Below are positions 18,984-27,521 of a DNA stretch of 54,476 nucleotides, one piece after another (the stretch's first letter is position 1; every line of letters starts with the position of its first letter). The stretch lies in IMG/VR virus record IMGVR_UViG_3300030450_002076, positions 1-54,476 of that record; one strand, written 5' to 3'. The notes beneath the pieces are model-generated. The model saw only the letters and a list, made by a program, of their open reading frames with translations, did no database searches and was not told the origin of the DNA. The stretch is from a virus (Duplodnaviria > Caudoviricetes). Made by a program: the position numbers and the translations under genes.

Positions 18984-20359
18984 TATGTCTGTGGGTTCAA
19001 TCCAGTTATTTTTGCTCCACCAGTCCAATAAAATTCTTGCAACCAACACTCACCTGGTCTTTTATAAGGAGTTTTTGGTCCTTCATTTGTATGCCCAGTA
19101 CCTAAATAACTATAATAAGTATTTAAATCACCTATTTCTTTAAAGTCAGAAGATTTTACACTATCACCTCTTTGAACAGCTCCATGTAAAGTACCTTGAT
19201 GTTCATTGGCACCAGAACCATTTTCATTATATCTAATTGCTGATTTAGCGTGATTATATAACTTACCATTCTCTCTATCATCTCCATCGCCAAATCTCCA
19301 CCATCCTGTTAAATTGTCTTTCATCGGACCTTTGTTATGGTTTCTAGGTTTTCCTTGATTGTATAATATTGGAGCTTCATAATCAAATAACATCCTACCA
19401 TCTCCATTACCGTCAACAAAATGAAATTCAGCTATCTCAGCAAATAACATAGGGATACTTCTGGTATAAGCCATAGTACTATAAGTATTCCCGCTAGTAC
19501 TAGGAGATAAGCTAGAACTAGTGCTATTAAAATTCACTGCATGAAAACCCATTCTCCAAAATCCCTCGGCGCTTGAGTCACCAAGAACAGTAGTTACGGT
19601 AGTATCTACAAATTTTAGACCATTTATCCACATTTTCATTCCTATATCACCTGCTGCTGAACCACCATTAGCGTCTGTAGATATAATAAGCTGATACCAA
19701 CTTTGATCTTCTTCATTATAGTAATCATTACCGCCAGAATCAATCGAGTTTAAAACTTTTTCTACCCAATCAGCACCGTTACCAGCACTACCTATAGATA
19801 ACCAATCACTTTTAAATTCAAATTTCTCTTCACTAGTCGTGTTAGTAGTCCATACAACTCGCATTCTATGTAATTTAGCTTTATTAGAACTTGCACTATT
19901 GCTAAATTCTAAAGTTAATTGCTGTCCAGTAGCATTACCAGCAGAATTTTCTAAATGGAATAAACAAAAAGAAGTTGATGTATTTATATTGGTACTACGT
20001 CCAGTATAACCTTTACCTTGACCGCCATCATTACGAGTTCCTTGAGGTGTTGATACACCCCAACTAAATCTTGGTTTAAACTTATAAACCCAAGTTATTC
20101 CTTTGTTGCCATTTCCATCCGTATTAAACACAGGATGAAATCCTTGTATAGCTTGTGTGTTTCTTCCAGCAATAACTCCACCACCTACATAATTACCTGT
20201 TTCAAAAGTTTTCATTCTATAATGTGTTTGCAGAGTTCCTGCACCAACATAAGCATCATGTTGATTCCCGTCAAAATCAAAAGCCCAATAGTCTCTAGGC
20301 TCTACTATAGCAATATCATTAGTATTGCCTATTTTATGAGTTAATCCTAAACTTGGCAT
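18983..20359 (-). CDS. Virion protein with LamG/concanavalin-like domain
   Basis: 458 aa; FDFDG, WYQLIIS, KMWING, LTGWWRFGDG motifs. Confidence 0.6.
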   Translation of the reverse strand: MPSLGLTHKIGNTNDIAIVEPRDYWAFDFDGNQHDAYVGAGTLQTHYRMKTFETGNYVGGGVIAGRNTQAIQGFHPVFNTDGNGNKGITWVYKFKPRFSWGVSTPQGTRNDGGQGKGYTGRSTNINTSTSFCLFHLENSAGNATGQQLTLEFSNSASSNKAKLHRMRVVWTTNTTSEEKFEFKSDWLSIGSAGNGADWVEKVLNSIDSGGNDYYNEEDQSWYQLIISTDANGGSAAGDIGMKMWINGLKFVDTTVTTVLGDSSAEGFWRMGFHAVNFNSTSSSLSPSTSGNTYSTMAYTRSIPMLFAEIAEFHFVDGNGDGRMLFDYEAPILYNQGKPRNHNKGPMKDNLTGWWRFGDGDDRENGKLYNHAKSAIRYNENGSGANEHQGTLHGAVQRGDSVKSSDFKEIGDLNTYYSYLGTGHTNEGPKTPYKRPGECWLQEFYWTGGAKITGLNPQT

Positions 20360-20706
20360 TAGCTACCTATATAACACATAATTTTTCCTGCAGAAACATT
20401 TACATTAGTCCATCTTCCGTAAATAGTTATTCCTTGAGGAAGTTCATCAGTAGCTGCAAACGTATCTCCAGAATTTTCATAACCTTTATCTGATACACTA
20501 ATGTACATTTGACTACTACCTAGAGTTTTTTCTGCTGTTAAAACACTAAACTTACATGCTTCAATAACAGTAATAGCGCAAACAACTGCCCCATTAACTA
20601 AATCTTTTACTTCTGTTCCATCACAGTAAGTATTTCCACCTTGCCCTATAGATAAATTCTGAGCTTCTCTCTCAGTATATTCATATAGTCCTTTTAATTT
20701 ACTCAT
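20359..20706 (-). CDS. Small virion protein, paralogue of 6935..7252
   Basis: 115 aa; LPQGITIYGRWT motif; AAGGAG RBS. Confidence 0.6.
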   Translation of the reverse strand: MSKLKGLYEYTEREAQNLSIGQGGNTYCDGTEVKDLVNGAVVCAITVIEACKFSVLTAEKTLGSSQMYISVSDKGYENSGDTFAATDELPQGITIYGRWTNVNVSAGKIMCYIGS

Positions 20707-20722
20707 TTATGTCTCCTTAACT

Positions 20723-21679
20723 TTAACCTTGATCTGCTAACCATTCTTCTATATCTATATCAGAGTCTCCTACATGTAGTACATTTTCACCATACTCATT
20801 AGGCATCTGCGCTAGTATAGCAGCTAATGCTTCTTCCTGTAATTGCTGTTGATGCTCTTCGCTACCTGGTATTGTAAACTGACTCCAGTAGATAGATTGA
20901 GGGTCAGGCATCATTTGAACTCCATATCTTTTCCTGCTCCACTCAAGTTGCTCTCTCATTTTCCCAACGTTCCAATCTGGATTTAAATCTCTAACTTGGT
21001 TCCAATATTCTCTTTCAGATAAATTTTGCTGTTCTGATAAAAATGCTGAGTCTACGGTTTCTCCATCTGGTGTCATCCATCGATCAACATCATCTATGTC
21101 TCGCTCTAAACCTAAATTAGTCATCCAATCTTCAAAATGTTGCTTTTCGCCTTGAGTAAAAATGCTCTTTCCTTTATTAGGAAATTCATAAGCTCCTCTA
21201 CCTTTACCCCATCTATGTTCTATTTTGTAATTTTCACTAGCATCTACCCATTTTTTTAAATCATAATATGGTGCTGCTGTTTCTGCAAATAAATCCATAT
21301 TAGCTTTTTTTCTATCATCATATGTTCCTAATGCAGTTTTATCTCCATGTTTGTAATACATAGATACTGCATCTGAAATTCCTCTTCGTCTATGGTCATC
21401 TTCACGCGGATCATTCCAATGTTTATTCCATGGATTTTGACTCCATCTATTCATTTGACGACCTATAGAATGTTTATCTTGGAATATTTTAGGAGCTCTG
21501 TCAGGAGATGATAATCTATGAGCTGGATCTAATGTCCCTTTAACTGGGTCTGGAGATTTAGAAGAATCCTCAAATCTTGCAGGAGAACCTTTTAATTTAG
21601 TGAATGTATCAAGGTTTATTAAATAATCCATAATGTTCGAACTGTACTCTCTTATTTGTTTATCACTTGTTTTTATCAT
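20723..21679 (-). CDS. Hypothetical protein
   Basis: 318 aa; GGGAG RBS; no recognised motif. Confidence 0.65.
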   Translation of the reverse strand: MIKTSDKQIREYSSNIMDYLINLDTFTKLKGSPARFEDSSKSPDPVKGTLDPAHRLSSPDRAPKIFQDKHSIGRQMNRWSQNPWNKHWNDPREDDHRRRGISDAVSMYYKHGDKTALGTYDDRKKANMDLFAETAAPYYDLKKWVDASENYKIEHRWGKGRGAYEFPNKGKSIFTQGEKQHFEDWMTNLGLERDIDDVDRWMTPDGETVDSAFLSEQQNLSEREYWNQVRDLNPDWNVGKMREQLEWSRKRYGVQMMPDPQSIYWSQFTIPGSEEHQQQLQEEALAAILAQMPNEYGENVLHVGDSDIDIEEWLADQG

Positions 21680-21688
21680 TTTATCTCC

Positions 21689-23242
21689 CTAAGCCGTTAC
21701 CCAACTTTTTGCTCTCCTTTTATTTTTATACCAGCCACTTTTACTTTCTTGTAATCCATGTGGCGGATTTGCATATTTGCATGCATATGCCAAAGCATCT
21801 ATCGTATCATCATGAGCCATACGTGGTCCAAATGTAATAATTTCACGTTGTAAATCATAGTGAGTTTTTTTTAAATGTATTTGCCCAACAGCAAATCGTT
21901 GTGCTAAAATTTCTTGTATCCTATCTCTTTTACTCATTCTATTCCCAGGCTTTTCTTCTTTAAAAGGAATAATAAATTCATTTCTTCTTTTCATCTCAGC
22001 TCTTATAGCTTGAAAGACTGGTTTAGACATTGTTGTATCTTCTATAGTAAAAAGCATAGGTTTATAAAACTTTGCTTGTTCAAATATATGGTCTACAATA
22101 CCTTTCTGATCTGTACCAGGCATACCAAGAACAGGCAGAGTTCTATTCCTAACATAGTCCAAAACGTATATGTTATTATCGGGTGTAACAGCAATAACCA
22201 ATAAAACAGAGAAATCCGAATTGCGCCTAGCTGAATCAGTTGCTGGATCAACCCCGACATAAACACTACATGGTTGTGGATCTTGCCCATCGGGAATGAC
22301 GAAAGTAATTCCTGATTCTTCATCTCTAGTAAAACTTCCTTCCCAATATTTAATATGATCTCTTGTAAAAAGCGAATCCTCTTCTGATTGAACTTCCATC
22401 ATATATTCTTGATAAAACTTATGAGGAGTTCCACTATCTTGATAGAACTTCTTTTTTCTTTCCATCTCTTTATGACCGAACCAAGAAGCCCATAGAGGAG
22501 TTCCGTCAGTTTGTAAAGCTTTGTGGGTTATAACCTTCCAACTATAATCTTCTTTAGTTTTTTTAGAATGCTCATAACCTACTAAAATTTTCTGTATAAA
22601 TGAATCAAAATGAACTGGTGTTCCATTGATTCTTAATCTACCTGTCTTCGGTTCCAAGGCAGGAAAGACGACCGCTGTAACAAGGTTTGATATCTTTGCT
22701 CTTGATTCTGGTGTGACGGTATTATTTTCATCTTCAAAATCGTCAAGAACAATAAGATCGTAACGCTTATGAAGCTTAGCACCACCACGAATACCAGAAA
22801 GATTAGACTTACTAATAAGCTTAGTACCATTTTTAAGCTCGATATCATCTTCGGTCCATTTCTTCCCTTTTAAATCACCAAAGTAATACTTAATTCTATC
22901 ATTGTATTCTATGTGATATTTAATATAATCTAAGTTAGGAACTGATATTTTAGATGATGCAGCTACCCATCCGTAAAACAAAGGGTCTTTAGTAAAAAGA
23001 AAGTCATGCATAATATTGCATTTAGTGAGTACTGTCTTTCCGTGACCTCTAGGTAAAATAACTGCTAACTGTCTTATGCTTAAATCACTACAAGCATCAG
23101 CTACTTCGTAATGAAAGAAAGGTGTTTCAGATCTCATAAAGTCATCAGGTAGAAATAATTTTCCAAACGCTATTAAGTCTTGATGAGCTAATTGTAGTTC
23201 TTCTTCAGCCTTACTTACATTATTTAGATTTATATTTGACAT
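21689..23242 (-). CDS. terL: Terminase large subunit
   Basis: Walker A PRGHGKT, Walker B LIVLDDFE, NGTP coupling motif, RNase H-like VGVDPA and HDDTIDALAYA. Confidence 0.93.
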   Translation of the reverse strand: MSNINLNNVSKAEEELQLAHQDLIAFGKLFLPDDFMRSETPFFHYEVADACSDLSIRQLAVILPRGHGKTVLTKCNIMHDFLFTKDPLFYGWVAASSKISVPNLDYIKYHIEYNDRIKYYFGDLKGKKWTEDDIELKNGTKLISKSNLSGIRGGAKLHKRYDLIVLDDFEDENNTVTPESRAKISNLVTAVVFPALEPKTGRLRINGTPVHFDSFIQKILVGYEHSKKTKEDYSWKVITHKALQTDGTPLWASWFGHKEMERKKKFYQDSGTPHKFYQEYMMEVQSEEDSLFTRDHIKYWEGSFTRDEESGITFVIPDGQDPQPCSVYVGVDPATDSARRNSDFSVLLVIAVTPDNNIYVLDYVRNRTLPVLGMPGTDQKGIVDHIFEQAKFYKPMLFTIEDTTMSKPVFQAIRAEMKRRNEFIIPFKEEKPGNRMSKRDRIQEILAQRFAVGQIHLKKTHYDLQREIITFGPRMAHDDTIDALAYACKYANPPHGLQESKSGWYKNKRRAKSWVTA

Positions 23243-23323
23243 ATAATTACAAAAATCCTTATGATAGCTTACTATTTTGTAACTTAAATACCAAAAACTT
23301 CGTATTTAAGTGTGAAATAAAAT

Positions 23324-23671
23324 CTAATAACGCTTCTTTACAAAAGGCGAAAGCCCTTTTTTAGGCGTAAATTGATTTCTTTGTCCAACTCCTTGTGGAG
23401 TAGGTCTAGGTACTGGCATTGGTCTAGCCATTCTAGATCTTCTCATGCTCCCAGGCATAGGTTGACTCATAGAACCTCCCATAGGACGTTGTCCCATAGG
23501 GCGTCTTCTTCTTTGACCAAAAGCACCAGGCATACCTGCTTGTGGTGGTCTTGGAGAAGGAGCTTGTCTATAGCCAGGTTGCATAGGAGAACCTACTTTT
23601 CTAGCATTTCTCTTTGCAGCCCTTCTACCAGCTGGAGTATAAGGATATTGTTTTCCATTTATGTTAGGCAT
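23324..23671 (-). CDS. Arg/Pro/Met-rich basic disordered protein
   Basis: 115 aa; AGGAGG RBS; N-terminal GKQYPYTPAGRRAAK. Confidence 0.65.
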   Translation of the reverse strand: MPNINGKQYPYTPAGRRAAKRNARKVGSPMQPGYRQAPSPRPPQAGMPGAFGQRRRRPMGQRPMGGSMSQPMPGSMRRSRMARPMPVPRPTPQGVGQRNQFTPKKGLSPFVKKRY

Positions 23672-23681
23672 AATAACCTCC

Positions 23682-24368
23682 TTAAAATTTCATTTCAGAA
23701 TTTAATACTTCATCTACCATTGATTGTGAAGATGGTTGCAGTCTGAAAATTCCTGCAATTCTTTCATTAAACCAATATTTTGGATAGTGTTTAATGTCTA
23801 TATCATATCTTGATCCTGGATCGTGTACTGCAATAACAGCATCTTCTGTAGTACCTACAGCTAACATAGAGTGTTTACTCCCGTCTTCATTATTAACTAT
23901 AACCCAATCCCCAGTTGTAATATTAGATGTATCCCAACGCTTTACATTATCATCGCCTGTATGTGTAACTCTCTGCCAATCATCACTTTTAGTCATGTAA
24001 TCTATTGAAAAATTATTATTACTACTTACAACGCCATTAGCCTGAGGTAAAAACTTAGTTAAACCTGCATGTTTAAATACTTTACATACAGTATCCACAC
24101 ACGTATCTGACTTTCTACCTTCAGGTTCGTCTGGTGTTGGATTCATAACAGTATCACTACCTACAAGACCTAGAGCTATATTCTTGAGAACATCCGCATA
24201 GGGACCTTGCTGTGTATTGTCCTCTAAGACTTGTAGGTGGTAATTTGCTAATACATCTGCTTTATCCCAAATTGATTGATTTTTTATAGCTGTTGCTGTA
24301 TCTACGTGAAGATTATCTTCATCATTCCACCATTTTACTATTGAATTGATCATGTTGTTCCCTGGCAT
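23682..24368 (-). CDS. Putative NlpC/P60-CHAP-like cysteine amidase/peptidase
   Basis: TCVDTVCKVFKHAG (Cys), GDWVIV, KHSML (His), VHD in papain-like order. Confidence 0.55.
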   Translation of the reverse strand: MPGNNMINSIVKWWNDEDNLHVDTATAIKNQSIWDKADVLANYHLQVLEDNTQQGPYADVLKNIALGLVGSDTVMNPTPDEPEGRKSDTCVDTVCKVFKHAGLTKFLPQANGVVSSNNNFSIDYMTKSDDWQRVTHTGDDNVKRWDTSNITTGDWVIVNNEDGSKHSMLAVGTTEDAVIAVHDPGSRYDIDIKHYPKYWFNERIAGIFRLQPSSQSMVDEVLNSEMKF

Positions 24369-24685
24369 TATAACATATCCTCCATCTCATCTATAGCATC
24401 TCTCATAAGATTCATTACTAGACCTTCATCGTTCACATTTGTAATATATCTTTTTAATGCTCCATCTAATTCAGTGCTATAATTACCATCAATAGGACCG
24501 TCCCAATAATTTATTTCAGATAATAGTTCTTGAGCTCTTGAAGCGTTTTCAGTTGTTCTATCTAAATCACTATACATCTTAACTAGAAAATCATAATTAG
24601 CATCCGCTAATTCGAATACTTCTGTTCCTGCCTTTCCCTTAGGTGTATCATCACTGAAATACAAACCTCCTGATTTTTTTCCCAT
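24368..24685 (-). CDS. Hypothetical protein with peptidoglycan-binding-like motif
   Basis: AQELL..INYWDGPIDGNY......ALKRY resembles PG_binding_1. Confidence 0.5.
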   Translation of the reverse strand: MGKKSGGLYFSDDTPKGKAGTEVFELADANYDFLVKMYSDLDRTTENASRAQELLSEINYWDGPIDGNYSTELDGALKRYITNVNDEGLVMNLMRDAIDEMEDML

Positions 24686-24966
24686 TAGTAACTCCTTTTC
24701 TTAGGCTTCATGAAAGAATCCCACAAACTAGAGCCACCTTGTTTCATTCCAAAATTAGGAGAAGGTACGCCTTGTCCTGGAGGAGAGGGTTCTGGTGTAG
24801 ATTGTCCAAACTTATGCTCCCAACCAGCTAAGTAATCATTATAGGCTTCTTGCCAATAATCACCACCTTGAGGCGTGTTTGGAAAAATACTTCCTGCTCC
24901 TGATCCTTGAGATCTTAACCATGAATTGAAATCTAGTGGAGTATTATTGCTAATTGCATCTGGCAT
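24685..24966 (-). CDS. Hypothetical protein
   Basis: 93 aa; GGAGG RBS. Confidence 0.6.
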   Translation of the reverse strand: MPDAISNNTPLDFNSWLRSQGSGAGSIFPNTPQGGDYWQEAYNDYLAGWEHKFGQSTPEPSPPGQGVPSPNFGMKQGGSSLWDSFMKPKKRSY

Positions 24967-24967
24967 A

Positions 24968-25705
24968 TTATTTACCTCCTTTTATTTCTTTTGGTCTTTC
25001 TGCAGCTTCCAACTTATCTTTTGAGAACCCCTGAAATACTGCTCCAGATATTTGTGTTACTTGTGTTTTGTTTTTATCTTCCATATCCATTATATCGGAT
25101 AATTTAAATAATGCTTTCAATCTTGTATCTGCCTTATCGGCTAAATCAGCTTCTCTTTTTATACCGCTGATAATATAAGTCTCATCAACTCCTAATTCTT
25201 CCATTACAGGTTTTAATTCTTCTTTCATTGCTGTCCTCACTCTTGTTGTTTTAACTAATTTACCAGCCCTCATATTTGCATAATGAGGATCATTGGTAGG
25301 AAAAGCTTTTAAATAGGCTTGCTGCACATTCATTCCAGATACAACATACCCAACAAAAAGACTTTCCTTGCTAGATAGCTGATCCCTATCATCTAACCTT
25401 TGATCTCTATCTATATTGCCTCCAATAGAGTATATGTTAACTCTTCTTGAAGCGTCCATTTTATTGTTTTCTGAGATAACAAACGTACCTGTGCAAGTGC
25501 CTACATAGTAAACTATGCGCTTCTTTCCCTTCGGTTTTTGCATCTTCCCAGAACGAATAATTTGAAGCACACAACCGTCATCTGTCTTTACCCAATCGTT
25601 AAGACGACCATCCCTCCAATCCTTCAAATAGTGTATATCTGTAGGAACTTCCTCAACAGAATCAAATACTGTGTGCTCTATATTGTTTACTTTATATATT
25701 CTCAT
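24968..25705 (-). CDS. Putative terminase small subunit
   Basis: 245 aa; C-half with F..Y...GM...QAY..A helix-turn-helix and RLKAL..L oligomerisation pattern; upstream of terL. Confidence 0.55.
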   Translation of the reverse strand: MRIYKVNNIEHTVFDSVEEVPTDIHYLKDWRDGRLNDWVKTDDGCVLQIIRSGKMQKPKGKKRIVYYVGTCTGTFVISENNKMDASRRVNIYSIGGNIDRDQRLDDRDQLSSKESLFVGYVVSGMNVQQAYLKAFPTNDPHYANMRAGKLVKTTRVRTAMKEELKPVMEELGVDETYIISGIKREADLADKADTRLKALFKLSDIMDMEDKNKTQVTQISGAVFQGFSKDKLEAAERPKEIKGGK

Positions 25706-25734
25706 AGTTCAATACCTGCCAAGGTATTGGGAAC

Positions 25735-25920
25735 TTAAGATAGTCCCAGTATCCCATCATGGCAGTATTTAATTATCATTTTAATCATTGAATTTGGAGC
25801 TTTTAAGTCTTCATCATCAATCATTAGTTTTAAACTTGACTCTTCTTCTATGTATTCCTGTATAGATTCTATTTCTTCAGTTTCTGGGTTATACTTAATT
25901 TTAAGATAGTATTCTTTCAT
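25735..25920 (-). CDS. Hypothetical protein (first gene of late arm)
   Basis: 61 aa; GGAGGAG RBS. Confidence 0.65.
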   Translation of the reverse strand: MKEYYLKIKYNPETEEIESIQEYIEEESSLKLMIDDEDLKAPNSMIKMIIKYCHDGILGLS

Positions 25921-26166
25921 AGCTCCTCCGCATATAGGTATCCCCTGAGAGTCCGTGAACTCTTTTTTTAAAGACTTTAACCTTAAACTTCGTTAGAGCC
26001 AGTCATTTTCTCCCATACTCTAATTTATATTAAGGCAATTTTTATCAACTATTGGGGACAATCCTGAACTCTATTTGAGGGGCAACCCAACTTCTGATCC
26101 AATAAGCAGAACCATTACAGGGGTACTTACTGGATGATAGTTAAAACTTCTAACTGCTGATACCGA

Positions 26167-26195
26167 AATATAATATAGTGAAAAAGTAAATACAA
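26167..26195 (-). promoter_or_regulatory. Sigma70-like promoter for the structural arm
   Basis: TTGTAT-17 nt-TATATT on the minus strand. Confidence 0.5.
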
Positions 26196-26339
26196 GAAGT
26201 TTCAAAAATTGTGTAATTTTAGTGCTCCCTCTTTTATATATTGGTACCTCCCTATCGGGAGATTTTCGCAAAGCGAATTACGTTATAAATGATTTCATTT
26301 ATTTTGATTATAGATTAATTTTTAATTAAGGAGAAACTA

Positions 26340-26612
26340 ATGAGTAAATTAATGGCAATAGTAAAGAAACTTCAAGCTACGTATGTTACAAGAATGTTAA
26401 AGGCTCCTACTAAAGGTAGTGACGCTTGGAACTTTGGAATTAAGTCAGCTACTAAGAGTGAGCTACGTAAAGCATATATGACTGACTTACGTAACATAGT
26501 TGAAGTAGCAGTACAGAATAATGATCAAGATGTTATAGATTTCTGTAAAGGTTGTGTAGAAGATGATGAGAGTGTTGAGGACTTACAAGCACAAATTAAA
26601 GGAGCTAAGTAG
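26340..26612 (+). CDS. Hypothetical protein (first early gene)
   Basis: 90 aa; AAGGAG RBS. Confidence 0.75.
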   Translation: MSKLMAIVKKLQATYVTRMLKAPTKGSDAWNFGIKSATKSELRKAYMTDLRNIVEVAVQNNDQDVIDFCKGCVEDDESVEDLQAQIKGAK

Positions 26613-26743
26613 AAATACTTAGTTCTTTTAGTTAATAACAGTTAGTTGTTGATATGTACAAGTGACTATGAATGTAGACCACAGTACACACACATCATGC
26701 ACGAGTATATATATACCAACTTATACCACACTTAGAAGGAGTG

Positions 26744-26920
26744 ATGATGATTAAGAAAACTATATATAAACACAGTATCAGAGAGTTGATAGGTAGTAAT
26801 AACCCTATGTATATGATAGGTGGTTATTTAGTAATAGTATTACATGCAGGGTTAATGGCAAGTACATTTGTTACAGTAAGATATTGTTTAGAGGTATGCT
26901 TCTCAGTCTTCAAGCCTTAG
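26744..26920 (+). CDS. Small membrane protein (58 aa, not in ORF track)
   Basis: AAGGAG RBS; MMIKKTIYKHSIRELIGSNNPMYMIGGYLVIVLHAGLMASTFVTVRYCLEVCFSVFKP. Confidence 0.55.
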   Translation: MMIKKTIYKHSIRELIGSNNPMYMIGGYLVIVLHAGLMASTFVTVRYCLEVCFSVFKP

Positions 26921-27118
26921 TAACAGATTTACTGCTTCTACCCTGAAGTGACCTCGGGACTAGGTTGTAGAGTTATGAACTACCGAGGGTGTCAGTGTGC
27001 TGGCATAATCTAGTCCTACCATTTAAAGACTATGTAAGTGAATAAATTATCAAGATATTGGCAGTCATTATGACGTAAGAATTAACCAAGCCACTTATAT
27101 AGCAAATAAAGTATCAAT

Positions 27119-27193
27119 AGCGGAGACAAGCCTGGGTAGGCTAGCCTGGCTCATAACCAGGAAGCATTGTTAGTTCGAGTCTAACCTCCGCAA
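27119..27193 (+). tRNA. tRNA with CAT anticodon (Met, initiator-like; atypical)
   Basis: Acceptor GCGGAG/CTCCGC with A1:A72 mismatch; D stem AGCC/GGCT; anticodon arm CCTGG-CTCATAA-CCAGG; T arm GTTAG-TTCGAGT-CTAAC; CCA not encoded. Confidence 0.85.
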
Positions 27194-27216
27194 CTAAAAT
27201 AAGAAGGAGAAGTATA

Positions 27217-27360
27217 ATGTGGGATATAAATGTAGGTATAGAGCTAATGTTAATGATGTTAGCAATTCCAGTAGGTATACTAGTACTATCATACTTAATA
27301 GTTAGTTTGTTAGTAGTTGTAGAAGATTATAGAATAAAGAGACAAGAACGTAAATTTTAA
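27217..27360 (+). CDS. Small single-TM membrane protein (47 aa, not in ORF track)
   Basis: AAGGAG RBS; MWDINVGIELMLMMLAIPVGILVLSYLIVSLLVVVEDYRIKRQERKF. Confidence 0.65.
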   Translation: MWDINVGIELMLMMLAIPVGILVLSYLIVSLLVVVEDYRIKRQERKF

Positions 27361-27380
27361 CTAATTAAGGAGGACACACA

Positions 27381-27521
27381 ATGTCAAATGTATTATTAGA
27401 TATTGATTGGGGTAAAGCAAAGAAGTATTTAACGAAATATGACCTTGAAGACATTCGGAGTCATAATCGTTGTAGTATTAAAACTCTTGAAGTATTAGAT
27501 AGAGTTTATAGGAAATTGTAG
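27381..27521 (+). CDS. Small hypothetical protein (46 aa, not in ORF track)
   Basis: AAGGAGG RBS; MSNVLLDIDWGKAKKYLTKYDLEDIRSHNRCSIKTLEVLDRVYRKL. Confidence 0.6.
   Translation: MSNVLLDIDWGKAKKYLTKYDLEDIRSHNRCSIKTLEVLDRVYRKL

Noticed and set aside
26071-26271. 66-aa minus-strand ORF
   Set aside because: No RBS, spans the predicted promoter and hairpins; more likely non-coding
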